64,000 nucleotides of DNA from Solirubrobacterales bacterium (lineage in GTDB: Bacteria; Actinomycetota; Thermoleophilia; Solirubrobacterales; JACPNS01). The notes under the pieces were generated by a model. That model searched no databases. It worked only from the letters and a program-made list of their open reading frames with translations, and was not told where the DNA came from. How positions within the stretch are numbered: position 1 is the first letter of the stretch; every line of letters begins with the position of its first letter. Location: assembly GCA_047605325.1 (NCBI GenBank), contig JASGFX010000004.1, positions 14,957-78,956 on the forward strand, in the 5' to 3' direction. The position numbers and the translations under genes are program-made. Shown here in pieces: positions 8,382 through 18,682 of the stretch.

Positions 8382-9373
8382 GATTGGCGCGAGACTAGCG
8401 CCGCCATTCGGCTTCGCAGGATTCGCCACCGCGAGGCGCCTGTCAGCCGGGCGATCCGGCGAGCGATCGATCGCGTTGCGCCACGCGAGCCGCCGCCCGC
8501 AAAGAAGTTCCAGATCTCGATCTCGTGGTAGAGCCAGTAGGCGTCGAACACGCGATCGAGCCACGGCGGCGGATCGCCGTAGCCATCAAGCATCGCCCGC
8601 CACAGATCGGCGCGCGGCGGAAAGCGATGGTGATGCGTACGCACGAGGTCCATCGCCGGATCGCCGCCGAAGCTGATCTCGAGGTCGAGCGCGCCCACGA
8701 TCCGCAGCGCTCCATCGACCTCCGCGACGCGCAGGTTCGCCGGATGCATGTCGCCGTGACAGAAACGTGGACCGGGACACTCGTCAAGCCCCGCACGGTG
8801 TTCGGCGAACCAACGCTCGACGCACCACGCGAGGTAGCGATTGGCGCCGTTCTCGCGAAAGGCGCGCAGCGCGAGCACGACGCGATCGTCGAACCACGAG
8901 ACGTTGTCGTCAAAGCCGCGACCGGGTTCATCGAGAAGTGGCCAGAAGTGCGGCAGCTCCACCGCGTGAAAGCGCGCCAGCAACTCGCCGATCTCGCGGT
9001 ACAGCGCGACCAACTGGGCATCGCCCAGGTCGGCGAGTTTGGTGTTCATCGGCGTGCCCGGCGCCAGCGACATCAGGAGGTAACCGTGCGGAGCGCCCTC
9101 GAACCCGAGCGCGCTGGACACCACCTTCGGCACCTGCGGAACAGCAGACCCGAGCACGGCGTAGGCCCCGAGTTCACGGCGAGCGGCGTCGGGTTTCACG
9201 TAGAGCTTCAGTGCGAGCGGCTCGCCGTGCTCGAAGTCGAGCCGCAGCACGCGTGCCTTGACGCCTTCGCCGATCTCGGATACGCCCGTGAGCGCACGCT
9301 CGATCCCGGCGGCGCGGACGATCCGCTCCGCAATCGCGAAGTCAGCTGAGGGCGGAGCTTCCGCCCCGGCCAA
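8378..9373 (-). CDS. aminoglycoside-phosphotransferase-fold (APH/ChoK family) kinase
   Basis: 331 aa. Catalytic loop CHGDMHPANL and a downstream DLE (DFG-equivalent) are present. Apparent TTG start two nt after the ftsZ stop. Confidence 0.75.
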   Translation of the reverse strand: MAGAEAPPSADFAIAERIVRAAGIERALTGVSEIGEGVKARVLRLDFEHGEPLALKLYVKPDAARRELGAYAVLGSAVPQVPKVVSSALGFEGAPHGYLLMSLAPGTPMNTKLADLGDAQLVALYREIGELLARFHAVELPHFWPLLDEPGRGFDDNVSWFDDRVVLALRAFRENGANRYLAWCVERWFAEHRAGLDECPGPRFCHGDMHPANLRVAEVDGALRIVGALDLEISFGGDPAMDLVRTHHHRFPPRADLWRAMLDGYGDPPPWLDRVFDAYWLYHEIEIWNFFAGGGSRGATRSIARRIARLTGASRWRILRSRMAALVSRQS

Positions 9374-9374
9374 A

Positions 9375-10511
9375 CTAATCCTCGCGGAGGAAGTCCGGGA
9401 CGTCGATGTCGTCGTCGGAGATCTCGAGCGATCCGCGATCGACGTCCTTGCGTCCGACGTCGCGACGTGGACGGCGCGAGGAGCGCTCAGTCGTGAAGTC
9501 GAGTGCGCCGCGACTGCTCGAAGCGCCGCGGCGATCGAAGCCGGTCGCGATGACGGTCACACGGACCTCATCACCGAGCGACTCATCGATCACGGCGCCG
9601 AAGATGATGTTGGCGTTCTGATCCGCGGCGCTAGAGACGATCTCGGCGGCCTCGTTGATCTCGAACAGACCGACTTCCTTGCCGCCGGTGATGTTGAGCA
9701 GGATGCCGGTGGCACCCTCGACGCTCTCTTCGAGCAGCGGCGAGCTGATCGCGTTCTTGGCGGCCTCACCGGCGCGGCCTTCACCACTACCGGCGCCGAT
9801 GCCCATCAGGGCGCTGCCGGCATCGTGCATGATCGTGCGCACGTCGGCGAAGTCGAGGTTGATCAGACCGGGAGTGGTGATCAGGTCGGTGATGCCCTGG
9901 ACACCCTGGCGCAGCACGTTGTCGGCGTCGCGGAAGGCGTCGAGGATCGAGGTGCGGCGCTCGACGGTGCTGAGCAGCCGCTCGTTCGGAATCACGATCA
10001 GCGTGTCGACCTGCTCGCGCAGTCGCTGGATGCCCTCGTCGGCCTGCTTGGCGCGCTGGGATCCTTCAAAGGAGAACGGCCGGGTGACCACGCCCACGGT
10101 GAGCGCGCCGACTTCCTGCTTGGCGATCTCGGCAATCACCGGAGCAGCGCCGGTGCCGGTGCCACCGCCCTCTCCGGCGGTGACGAAGACGAGGTCGGCG
10201 CCCTTGAGCGCCTCCTTGATGTCGTCGCGGCTCTCGGACGCCGCGCCCGCGCCGATCGACGGGTCGGCGCCCGCGCCGAGACCCTTGGTGAGCGTCGAGC
10301 CGATGTTCAGCTTGACGTCGGCGTCGCACATCTGCAAAGCCTGTGCGTCGGTGTTGACCGCGATGAACTCGACACCCTTGAGTCCGGCGTCGACCATGCG
10401 GTTCACTGCGTTGGTACCGCCGCCGCCGACCCCCACGACCTTGATCACGGCCAGGTAGCTGCCTGCGTCACGGCCAGCGCCGCCCTGCGGGTTGTAGTCA
10501 AAGTCGTTCAT
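9375..10511 (-). CDS. ftsZ: cell division GTPase FtsZ
   Basis: 378 aa. Tubulin signature GGGTGTG and N-terminal [13 protein letters not shown] are present. Confidence 0.97.
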   Translation of the reverse strand: MNDFDYNPQGGAGRDAGSYLAVIKVVGVGGGGTNAVNRMVDAGLKGVEFIAVNTDAQALQMCDADVKLNIGSTLTKGLGAGADPSIGAGAASESRDDIKEALKGADLVFVTAGEGGGTGTGAAPVIAEIAKQEVGALTVGVVTRPFSFEGSQRAKQADEGIQRLREQVDTLIVIPNERLLSTVERRTSILDAFRDADNVLRQGVQGITDLITTPGLINLDFADVRTIMHDAGSALMGIGAGSGEGRAGEAAKNAISSPLLEESVEGATGILLNITGGKEVGLFEINEAAEIVSSAADQNANIIFGAVIDESLGDEVRVTVIATGFDRRGASSSRGALDFTTERSSRRPRRDVGRKDVDRGSLEISDDDIDVPDFLRED

Positions 10512-10579
10512 AGTGCGGAAATTAACGGCCTCCGGGCCGGCTCGTGTGACGCTGGCAAGGTTTGTTGCAGTTCAAACCC

Positions 10580-11680
10580 TCAAGCTTGGCTTGAGAGATA
10601 GGCCACTCTCAAGTGCAGCTTCACGGTTTGAAGGTTGAGGGTGCACTTGTGAGTTATACATGGTTCAAGCAGGGATTTGCCGATCGTCAGCCGGTCGGCG
10701 CCGCCCCACCTGCGGCTGCAGGAGTCTGTGCAGGCTGCTGCTCGGTCGTCGTCGATTGAGTCTGCTGGGTTGTTTCTTGCGTGGTCGTCTGCTGGTGCGC
10801 CGCGTGTCTGGTCGGCGTCGGTCGCGGTGGAAGTCGTCGTCGCCGCTGCCCCGTCGGTCGTCGAATCGGTGCTCACGTTCGTGGCCTCGGGCAGCGGCGC
10901 CCCGCCGAGGCCGCCGACGGCCGTGCGACCGGGCACCCGCAGATCGAGGTACGCCGCACCGCGCGACTGTTCGCTGGCGAGCACGGTGGCGGCGTCGCGC
11001 CACTTGGCGGCGGCGTCATCCTCCGTTCCGAAGTAGAGATCCGGGCCGCCCCGGAGCGAGACGACGATCCCGAGCTTGCCCCAGTCGATCTTGTCGACCT
11101 TCCGGAGCAGCACGTCGGGGGCGGCGCCGAGAACCTTCACGGCCTGGAGCGCGCGGCCGGAGACGACGTGGTCGTCCGCGATCCGGCCGACAGTCTCGAT
11201 CTTCGGCAGTCCGGCGACGGCGTGAGTCGGATTGATGATCTCGCCGGCCTGAGAGAGCGTGACGGCGCGGCCGTTGATGCGCGCGATCAGCACCGGTCGG
11301 CGCACGTCGAAGCGAATCGTCGCTCCGTGCGGGAAGTCGGTCTCGACGTGCACGCCGGCGACATCAACGAACTGCGCCGCGGCCTGCTCGACACGTGCGT
11401 CGTCAAAGTTCATCGTGGTCATCTGCATCGCCTCGTCGACGACGGCGGCGCGGGCATCCTTGTCGTAGTAGCCGGAGAGGCCGACGATCTTGACCTGCTG
11501 CACCGCGACGAGCGACGAATTGCGCACGAGCAGCCACGCGCCGGCAAGCACGACGGCCAGCACGAGCAGGGCCGCGAGCAGTCCGATGCGCGACGGGCGG
11601 CGCGACGGCACCCCGACGCGCGGGATGCTGACTCGCGGAAGCTGGATGCGACGCGGATCGATCGCGGCCGGGAAGCTCAT
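10580..11680 (-). CDS. ftsQ: cell division protein FtsQ/DivIB
   Basis: Track ORF 10580-12169 trimmed to the ATG at 11680 (MSFPAAIDPRR..), which overlaps the murB stop (ATGA). It has one TM segment (IGLLAALLVLAVVLAGAWLL) followed by a POTRA-like region (VQQVKIVGL). Confidence 0.8.
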   Translation of the reverse strand: MSFPAAIDPRRIQLPRVSIPRVGVPSRRPSRIGLLAALLVLAVVLAGAWLLVRNSSLVAVQQVKIVGLSGYYDKDARAAVVDEAMQMTTMNFDDARVEQAAAQFVDVAGVHVETDFPHGATIRFDVRRPVLIARINGRAVTLSQAGEIINPTHAVAGLPKIETVGRIADDHVVSGRALQAVKVLGAAPDVLLRKVDKIDWGKLGIVVSLRGGPDLYFGTEDDAAAKWRDAATVLASEQSRGAAYLDLRVPGRTAVGGLGGAPLPEATNVSTDSTTDGAAATTTSTATDADQTRGAPADDHARNNPADSIDDDRAAACTDSCSRRWGGADRLTIGKSLLEPCITHKCTLNLQTVKLHLRVAYLSSQA

Positions 11681-12591
11681 GCGCCCTCCCACAGAGCAGA
11701 ATCGACCTCGCCGAGCACCTGAACCTCGGTCTCGAGGCGCAGGCCGTCGAACTCGGAGGCGACGCGGCGACGCCCCTCGGCGATCAGCGCCACGACATCG
11801 GCGGTCGTGGCGTCGTTGAAGTTTTCGACGAAGTTCGCATGTTTCGGCGAGAAGCGCGCGCCGCCATGCTCGAGGCCCTTGCACCCTGCCGCCTCGAGCA
11901 GCTGACCCGCCGTGCGTCCTGCGGCGCGCGGGTCGTCCGGGTTCTTGAACGTGGAACCGAAAGTCTTGATGCCGGAGGGCTGCGCCTGTTTGCGGCGGTC
12001 GCGCAGATCGGCGAGCGTCGCCTTGACCGTCTCGGCTTCGGCGGCGGCGAGCCTGAACTGCGCCCGTGTGACGACCTGCAGGCCCGTGATGTTGCTGTGG
12101 CGGTAGCTGAAACCGAAGTCTTCGGCCGTGCGGCGCTCGACGCCGTCCGGCGTAGCGACTTCGGCCCACTCGAGCACCTTGGCGAGCTCGCCGCCGTAGG
12201 CGTTCGCGTTCATGCGGATCGCGCCGCCGACCGTGCCGGGGATGTTGACCCCGAACTCGAGGCCGGCGAGGCCGTGCTCGGCCGTCTTCGCAGCGACACG
12301 CGGCAGGCGCGCTCCGCCGCCGGCGAGTACGCCGTCAGCTTCGAAAGTCACTTCCGTGAGGTGTCCGTCAAGTTTGATCACGAGGCCGCGGAATCCCTTG
12401 TCCGCAACCAATAGATTCGATCCCGAGCCGATCACCCCTACCGGAAGATCCTGTTCTTGCGCCCAGGCGAGCAGTTCGACGACCTGGTTGTTCGTACGCG
12501 GACGCGCGTAGAAATCGCCCGATCCGCCGGTGCGGACGGTCGTCAGGCGAGCAAGCGGAAAGTCGCGCTCGATCCCGTCCGGCTCGCTCAC
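11677..12591 (-). CDS. murB: UDP-N-acetylenolpyruvoylglucosamine reductase
   Basis: 304 aa. FAD-binding N-terminus LARLTTVRTGGSGDFY..GSGSNLLV is present. Position in the dcw cluster supports the call. Confidence 0.9.
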   Translation of the reverse strand: MSEPDGIERDFPLARLTTVRTGGSGDFYARPRTNNQVVELLAWAQEQDLPVGVIGSGSNLLVADKGFRGLVIKLDGHLTEVTFEADGVLAGGGARLPRVAAKTAEHGLAGLEFGVNIPGTVGGAIRMNANAYGGELAKVLEWAEVATPDGVERRTAEDFGFSYRHSNITGLQVVTRAQFRLAAAEAETVKATLADLRDRRKQAQPSGIKTFGSTFKNPDDPRAAGRTAGQLLEAAGCKGLEHGGARFSPKHANFVENFNDATTADVVALIAEGRRRVASEFDGLRLETEVQVLGEVDSALWEGA

Positions 12592-13967
12592 GTGGCGACC
12601 CCGGTGAGACGGCGGGTGAGTTTGAAGATGTCGCCGGCGCCGATTCCGATGCAGAGGTCGCCGTCCTTCAGGATGCGTTCGAGCGCGGCTTCGGCGTCAT
12701 CCTGGGTCGGCTCGTAGTAGACGGGCTTGCCGGGCGCGGCGTCGGCCGCGCGCACTGCCTGCATCCAGCCGGTCACTCCGGGGAAATCCTCGGCATTCTC
12801 GCGCGCCGGATAGACATCGAGCACGACGATCACGTCGGCCAGGTCGAGCGCCTCGCCGAACTCGCGGGCATAGGCCTGGGTGCGCGAGTAGAGGTGCGGC
12901 AGGTAGGCGACGACCACTCGCCCTCCCCCCGCGCTCTGGCGTGCCGTGGTCAGCGCGGCGCGGACCTCCGTCGGATGGTGGGCATAGTCGTCGTAGACCA
13001 CTGCTCCCGAGCGGTGCGTGCCGATCAACTCGAAGCGTCGGGCGACGCCGCTGAACGATTTGATCGCCGAGATCGAGCGCTCGCGTGAGATGCCGGCCGC
13101 CTCCAGCGCGGCGATCGCCGCCAAGGCGTTCTTGACGTTGTGCTCGCCACGCACCGAGAGCGCCACAACCATCTCGCCGAGACGAAAGCTCGTGCCGCGG
13201 TCCGACTCGCTCGGAGTCTCGATCGCGGCGGCCGCGAAGTCGGCATCTTCCGGTGCGATGCCGAAGCTGATCGCGCGACCGGCCGGGTCGATCTCGTCAC
13301 GGCGCGGCTGCGCCAGCGGCAGGATGATCGCCCTCGACGGCTCCGCAAACTTCGCAAATGCGACAAGCAGTTCGTCCAGACCGCTCCAGGTCTCGGGGTG
13401 CTCGAACTCGACGTTGGTGATCACGGCGACGTCGGGGGCGTAGCGCAGGAACGAACCGTCGGACTCGTCGGCCTCGATCACGACGATCTCGCCCGCACCG
13501 ATGTGGGCGTTGGTCGTGCGCGGTCCGATCGTCACCTCGCCGCCGACGAAGTACGACGGGTCCTCGCCGAGTTCGTCGAGGATGTGGGCGATCATCGCGG
13601 TGGTCGTGGTCTTGCCGTGTGTGCCGGCGACGGCGATCGTCGTCGGACGCGTCGCGGCGAGCTCGGCGAGCAGGTCGGAGCGGTGCAGGATCGTCATGCC
13701 GCGCTCGCGGGCGGCGGCAAGCTCGGGGTTGGCGTCAGTGATCGCGGTCGAGCGCACGACTTCGGCGTCCTCGGGAAGGTTCGCGGCGTCCTGACCGATC
13801 GTGACCGCGATTCCGAGCGACTCGAGTCGCTCGGTGTAGCTCGAAGCTTCCTTGTCCGAACCCGAGACGATCGCACCGAGCGAATTCGCCGCGATCGCAA
13901 GACCACTCATACCGGCGCCGCCGATTCCGATCAGGTGGAGCCTGCGCCCCTCGAAGGCGGCACTCAT
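12588..13967 (-). CDS. murC: UDP-N-acetylmuramate--L-alanine ligase
   Basis: 459 aa. Contains IGIGGAGMSGLA and Mur ligase P-loop GTHGKTTTT. Confidence 0.93.
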   Translation of the reverse strand: MSAAFEGRRLHLIGIGGAGMSGLAIAANSLGAIVSGSDKEASSYTERLESLGIAVTIGQDAANLPEDAEVVRSTAITDANPELAAARERGMTILHRSDLLAELAATRPTTIAVAGTHGKTTTTAMIAHILDELGEDPSYFVGGEVTIGPRTTNAHIGAGEIVVIEADESDGSFLRYAPDVAVITNVEFEHPETWSGLDELLVAFAKFAEPSRAIILPLAQPRRDEIDPAGRAISFGIAPEDADFAAAAIETPSESDRGTSFRLGEMVVALSVRGEHNVKNALAAIAALEAAGISRERSISAIKSFSGVARRFELIGTHRSGAVVYDDYAHHPTEVRAALTTARQSAGGGRVVVAYLPHLYSRTQAYAREFGEALDLADVIVVLDVYPARENAEDFPGVTGWMQAVRAADAAPGKPVYYEPTQDDAEAALERILKDGDLCIGIGAGDIFKLTRRLTGVAT

Positions 13968-15055
13968 CCGACTGCCTCTTCGAGTTGGTCGGCGATCCGT
14001 TCAGCGGCGTCGGGCATCGCGAGTTCGAGCGCGTTCGCGCGCATCTCGTCGAGCCGGCCGGGCGTATCGAGCATCTCCCCGAGCAGTTCGCGCAGCACGG
14101 AGCCGGTCAGCGCCTCGTCGCGCACCATCACGGCGGCATCGCCGTCAGTCAGCCATTTGGCGTTCAGCGCCTGGTGGTCGGCGGTCGCATGGGGATATGG
14201 CACGAGGATCGCCGGCAGACCGGCGGCGGCGAGCTCGAAGATCGAACCCCCGGCGCGGCAGACCGAGATGTCGGCAGCCGCGAGCGCCACATCGAAATCG
14301 GTCGTGAAGTCGAACAGGCGGTAACGCGCATTGGCGGCGGCCTCGGCGAGCGCCGAGCGCGAATCGAGAATCTCGCGCGCGGCGGTGAAGTCGCCGCGAC
14401 CGGTCAGATGCATCACGCAGAGCCCATCCGGCACGCCATCTTCGAAGGCGTCGAGCGCGGCGCGGTTGATGTTGCGCGCGCCGAGCGATCCTCCGAAGAC
14501 GAGCAGGCAGCGGCCCTCCTCGGGCAGACCGAATTGGGCGCGTGCGGCAGATCTGGTCAGCCCCTCACGCCGCGGCGCGATCGGGCGTCCGGTGACGACG
14601 TACTTCTCCCCCGCGTGACCTTCGAGCGCGAAGGCGAGGCAGACACGCCGCGCGAACGGTGCGAGCAGCTTGTTCGCCACCCCGAGGTGGGCGTCGGCCT
14701 CGGTGACGATCAGCGGCAGTCGCAAAGTGATCGCGGCGGCCCCGACGGGTCCGGCGACGTACCCGCCGCCGGCCATCACAGCCTCGATCTTCTTGGCCTT
14801 CAGCGCCTTGCGCGCGGTCAGCACGCCGCGAAAGGCCAGCCAGACGGCGCGCAGCGCCTTCAGCGGGTTGCGCCTGTCGAGCCCCGCGAGGCGCAGCTGA
14901 TTGAACTCGTAGCCCGCTGCGGGCACAAGTTCGGCTTCGGCGCGCTCTCCGCCGAAGAAGACGACTTCCGCCCCGCGCTCCTCGAGCGCGTCAGCGACGG
15001 CCAGGGCCGGAACGGCGTGACCCGCTGTCCCCCCCGCGGCGATTGCGATTCTCAT
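13964..15055 (-). CDS. murG: undecaprenyldiphospho-muramoylpentapeptide beta-N-acetylglucosaminyltransferase
   Basis: Track ORF trimmed to the ATG at 15055 (MRIAIAAGGTAGHAVPALAVA), the canonical MurG N-terminus. Confidence 0.9.
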   Translation of the reverse strand: MRIAIAAGGTAGHAVPALAVADALEERGAEVVFFGGERAEAELVPAAGYEFNQLRLAGLDRRNPLKALRAVWLAFRGVLTARKALKAKKIEAVMAGGGYVAGPVGAAAITLRLPLIVTEADAHLGVANKLLAPFARRVCLAFALEGHAGEKYVVTGRPIAPRREGLTRSAARAQFGLPEEGRCLLVFGGSLGARNINRAALDAFEDGVPDGLCVMHLTGRGDFTAAREILDSRSALAEAAANARYRLFDFTTDFDVALAAADISVCRAGGSIFELAAAGLPAILVPYPHATADHQALNAKWLTDGDAAVMVRDEALTGSVLRELLGEMLDTPGRLDEMRANALELAMPDAAERIADQLEEAVG

Positions 15056-16304
15056 AGCTGCCTCCACGCGTGCGGCCGCCGGCGCCTGCCGCCGCGACCT
15101 TCCGCGTCTGCTGCTGCCTGCCCGCGCCCTGCGCCGATCCGCGTCCACCGCCGCGCAGCACACGCACGCGCGCCTGATGGCGGCCGGAGGCGACGTTGAT
15201 CAGCAATCCCATGGCCGAGAGCATGATTATCAAGTTGCACCCGCCGTACGAGATGAACGGCAGTGGCACGCCTGTCAGTGGCGCCATCCCGAGCACGGCA
15301 AAGAAATTCAGCAGCGCCTGACAGGCGAGCATCGAGGTGATTCCGATCGCCAGCAGGCGGGCGTAGATGTCGCGACTGTTCTTGGCCGCTCGCAGTCCGA
15401 CGAAGATCAGGCCGGTGTAGAGCGTCGCGAGACCGAGGACGCCAGCCAGACCGAGTTCCTCGCCGATCACCGCGAGGATCATGTCGGTGTGCGCCTCCGG
15501 CATGTACCAGATCTTCTGCACCGATTCTCCGAGGCCGACCCCGAAGACACCGCCCGATCCGATCGCGATACGTGCCTGCTGCGACTGGTAGCCAATTCCG
15601 CCCGGGTCGTGATTGGGGTTCAGGAACGACGTGAGCCGCGCCATGCGGTACGGCTCGACGATGCTCAGCAGCACGATCCCGGCGACCAGCACTCCGGCGA
15701 CCTTCGCGAGGTCCTTGAGCTGCGCGCCTGCGGCGATCAGCAGAAGTCCCATCGTGCCGCAGATCACGAGGTCGGTGCCCATGTCGGGCTGGAGCATGAT
15801 CAGCGCGCAGGCGCCGCCGACCACGTAGAACAGCGGATTTGCGAGCGAACTCAGCGATTTGACCCGCTTTGGATCTTGCGCGATCAACATCGCCGTGTAG
15901 AGCACGAGCGCGATCTTCATCACCTCGGAGGGCTGGAAGCGCAGCATTCCCGCGCCGAGCCAGCGCTTCGCGCCGTTGACCTCCACCCCGAAGCCCGGCA
16001 ACAGCACGAGCCCAAGCATCACGAACGCGCCGATCAGGAGGTAGGGCGTCAGCTCCCGCACCCGGCCCAGGTCGATCCGAGACGCAAAGTGCATGATCAC
16101 GAGGCCCGCTGCGCCGATCACTAGGTAGCGCTTGAGGTATCCCATCGGGTCCCCGCCGACCTGCAGCGCCGCGTTGCCGGAACTCGCCGAATAGACCATC
16201 ACCGCGCCGGCGGCGAAGAGCGCAATCGTGATCGTCCAGAGCAACTGCTCGTCGGTCGACTTCTTGCCTCCCTTCGCCGTCTTCGGAATGCGCGGAATCC
16301 TCAT
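14991..16304 (-). CDS. ftsW: SEDS-family peptidoglycan polymerase FtsW
   Basis: 437 aa polytopic membrane protein with the SEDS pattern (..PSEVMKIALVL.., ..GLGESVQK..YMPEAHTDMIL..). Its R/G-rich C-terminal tail overlaps the murG start by 65 nt. Confidence 0.88.
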   Translation of the reverse strand: MRIPRIPKTAKGGKKSTDEQLLWTITIALFAAGAVMVYSASSGNAALQVGGDPMGYLKRYLVIGAAGLVIMHFASRIDLGRVRELTPYLLIGAFVMLGLVLLPGFGVEVNGAKRWLGAGMLRFQPSEVMKIALVLYTAMLIAQDPKRVKSLSSLANPLFYVVGGACALIMLQPDMGTDLVICGTMGLLLIAAGAQLKDLAKVAGVLVAGIVLLSIVEPYRMARLTSFLNPNHDPGGIGYQSQQARIAIGSGGVFGVGLGESVQKIWYMPEAHTDMILAVIGEELGLAGVLGLATLYTGLIFVGLRAAKNSRDIYARLLAIGITSMLACQALLNFFAVLGMAPLTGVPLPFISYGGCNLIIMLSAMGLLINVASGRHQARVRVLRGGGRGSAQGAGRQQQTRKVAAAGAGGRTRGGSYENRNRRGGDSGSRRSGPGRR

Positions 16305-16343
16305 CCCGACTGAGTTCGACGCCCTGCATGCGACCCCTTGCCG

Positions 16344-17645
16344 CTACGAGGCCAGCGCAGCGAATAGTTCGCGAAATGCGTCGCCGCGGGCTTCGTAGTT
16401 CTTGAACTGGTCGAAGCTGGCAGCGGCCGGACTCAGCAGGACGGTCTCGCCGGCCTCTGCTTCTCCTGCGGCGGCCCTGAAGGCTTCTTCGAGGGTCTCG
16501 AAGCTGGCGATCCGCACGTCTGCCCCGTCGAGGGCCGCTTCGAGCTGTGGCGCCGTGGCGCCGTTGAGGTAGACGACGGCGCAGGCGGCCTCGACCGCGG
16601 GCCGCAGCTCTGAGAGGTCTTCGCCCTTGGCCGATCCGCCGATCACCAAACGAGCGTTCTTCTCGAATCCGCCCAGCGCGGCGACGGTGGCGGCGACGTT
16701 TGTCGCCTTCGAGTCGTTGACGTAGCTGACGCCGCGTCTCACGCCGACCAGCTCCACGCGGTGTGGCAGCCCGGCGAAGGTGGCGAGCGTACGCGAGATC
16801 GAGAGCGGATCGACGCCCATCAGCATCGCCGCCTGCGTGGCGATCAGCGCGTTCTCCTTGTTGTGCGCGCCCTGCAGCGCGATCGAGTCACCGACCTTCG
16901 CGAGGTCGGGCTGGGGCACGTGGTAGGTGCGCGCCTCGCCGGGGATCTCGAAGTCGATCGACGGGCCGATCACGGCGAACTGACCCTCGTGCTGGCCGGC
17001 GAACATCTCGAGCTTGGCGGCGCGGTAGCGCTCGAAGCTGCCGTGGCGGTCGATGTGATCGGGCTTGACGTTGAGCAGCACGCCGCACTCTGGCGCGAAT
17101 TCGGGTGAGTCCTCGGACTGATAGCTGGAGACCTCGGCAATGATCGTGGCCTGTGGGTCGATGTTGCCGACGTACTCGCTGAGCGGGGTGCCGACGTTGC
17201 CGGCGACCACGACCGGCAGGCCGGCGTCGCGGTAGATCTGACCGAGCAGCTCAGTCGTGGTGGTCTTGCCATTCGTGCCGGTCACGGCGATCACGGGATT
17301 GGGCAGCAGCCGCCAGCCGAGTTCGAACTCGCCGAAGAGCTCTTTGCCCTCCGCCCTGGCGGCTTCGACGGCCGGTATCTCCTGCGGCACGCCCGGGCTC
17401 TTGACGAGGACGTCGATCTCGTCGACGTACTCCACTCCGTCGGTCTGCAGGTGTGTTTCGACGCCGAAGTCGCCGAGTGTGTCGGCGCCTTGCGGTGACC
17501 CGGAGTCGACCGCGATCACGCGGTGACCACGAGCGGCGAGGAGCCTGGCGGCTGCCTGGCCCGATTTGCCGAGGCCGACGACGAGGTAGGTGCCCCGCGG
17601 GATCGGTGGACGCTCCACGGGGGTGTAGGTGAGCTTGGGCGGCAC
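16344..17645 (-). CDS. murD: UDP-N-acetylmuramoylalanine--D-glutamate ligase
   Basis: Track ORF 16344-18353 is fused to the out-of-frame mraY region. The real N-terminus is near PIPRGTYLVVGLGKSGQAAARLL. Candidate GTG starts are at 17645 or 17618, so the start is uncertain. Mur ligase P-loop GTNGKTTTT is present. Confidence 0.85.
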   Translation of the reverse strand: MPPKLTYTPVERPPIPRGTYLVVGLGKSGQAAARLLAARGHRVIAVDSGSPQGADTLGDFGVETHLQTDGVEYVDEIDVLVKSPGVPQEIPAVEAARAEGKELFGEFELGWRLLPNPVIAVTGTNGKTTTTELLGQIYRDAGLPVVVAGNVGTPLSEYVGNIDPQATIIAEVSSYQSEDSPEFAPECGVLLNVKPDHIDRHGSFERYRAAKLEMFAGQHEGQFAVIGPSIDFEIPGEARTYHVPQPDLAKVGDSIALQGAHNKENALIATQAAMLMGVDPLSISRTLATFAGLPHRVELVGVRRGVSYVNDSKATNVAATVAALGGFEKNARLVIGGSAKGEDLSELRPAVEAACAVVYLNGATAPQLEAALDGADVRIASFETLEEAFRAAAGEAEAGETVLLSPAAASFDQFKNYEARGDAFRELFAALAS

Positions 17646-17713
17646 AGCGGAAACGCTATCTGGCGCGACCCGGGCCGTGGAGTTTGGCCGCTTCGCGGCC
17701 CAACTCCACCGGC

Positions 17714-18682
17714 CTAGAGCGGGTTCAAGAACAGCACGAAACCAACCGCCGCCAGCCCGGCGGCAACGATCCAGAACCGCAAAATGATCTTCGTCTCGGA
17801 CCAGCCGCGCATCTCGAAGTCGTGGTGGATCGGGGCCATCAGGAAGACGCGCTTGTGGAACATCTTGAACCAGAAGACCTGGATCGCCACCGACAGCGCC
17901 TCGATCACGAAGATGCCGCCGATCAGCACCAGCAGGATCTCCGTGTCGGTCATCACCGCCAGCGCCGCTATCGCGCCGCCGAGCCCGAGCGAGCCCGTGT
18001 CGCCCATGAAGATCGCGGCGGGAAACGAGTTGAACCAGAGGAAGCCGATGCAGGCGGCGGCCAGACACGCGCTGATCAGCATCAGGTCGTGCCAGTTGTA
18101 GTTGGCGGCCATGAACGTGTAGGTCGTGAAGACGATCGCCGCGCAGCCGGCCGCCAGGCCGTCGAGGCCGTCGGTCAGGTTGACGCCGTTGGTGGCGCCC
18201 ATCACGACGAGCAGCACGAAGACGGGATAGAAGTAGCCGAGGTTGATCGAGGCGTCGAAGATGCGGATGAACACGACGTTGTCGAGGCCGGCGCGCTGGG
18301 TCGCGACGTACCAGAGGCCGGCGGCGATCACGGCCTGCCAGAAGAGCTTCCATCGCCCGGACAGCCCCAGTGAGCGCTTGCGCACGATCTTCGTCCAGTC
18401 GTCGGCGAAGCCGAGCGCCGCGCAGGCGAGCGCGGTGCCCATCACCGCGACCGTGGCTGAACTGGTCACATCGCCGAGGATCAGGACCGGGATCACCACC
18501 GCGACGAAAATGATGATTCCGCCCATCGTCGGGGTGCCGGCCTTGGCGTGATGCTCGATCGGGCCCTCGTCGCGGATGTGCTGGCCGAACGAACGCCAGC
18601 GCAGGAAGCGGATGAACTGCGGACCGAGGAAGATCGCGATCAGCAGCGTCGACATCGCGCCGATCAGCACTTCGCCCATCAT
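17714..18682 (-). CDS. mraY: phospho-N-acetylmuramoyl-pentapeptide-transferase
   Basis: 322 aa polytopic membrane protein. Contains GFADDWTKI, NGVNLTDGLDGLA and FMGDTGSLGLGG motifs. Confidence 0.95.
   Translation of the reverse strand: MMGEVLIGAMSTLLIAIFLGPQFIRFLRWRSFGQHIRDEGPIEHHAKAGTPTMGGIIIFVAVVIPVLILGDVTSSATVAVMGTALACAALGFADDWTKIVRKRSLGLSGRWKLFWQAVIAAGLWYVATQRAGLDNVVFIRIFDASINLGYFYPVFVLLVVMGATNGVNLTDGLDGLAAGCAAIVFTTYTFMAANYNWHDLMLISACLAAACIGFLWFNSFPAAIFMGDTGSLGLGGAIAALAVMTDTEILLVLIGGIFVIEALSVAIQVFWFKMFHKRVFLMAPIHHDFEMRGWSETKIILRFWIVAAGLAAVGFVLFLNPL

Noticed and set aside
8382-8560. Possible glycine riboswitch upstream of gcvT, and similarly at 6581-6845 upstream of gcvPA
   Set aside because: I read both regions on the minus strand and found no GGAGAG..CACCGAAGGGGCAA..CUCAGGCAAAAGGAC-type core. 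The GAAGGAC near 6590 is simply the gcvPA RBS, and 8382-8560 is coding for the kinase C-terminus. An Infernal scan with RF00504 would settle it.
10580-12169. Over-long N-terminal extensions in track ORFs (10580-12169, 13964-15163, 16344-18353, 23215-24426, 25108-25656, 30101-31027, 30883-31953, 34098-35210, 37389-39986, 44753-47131, 48106-49287, 59269-60303, 60477-61424)
   Set aside because: The extensions run through the upstream gene in a different frame. Internal starts that reproduce canonical N-termini, and often give ATGA/GTGA stop-start overlaps, were preferred.
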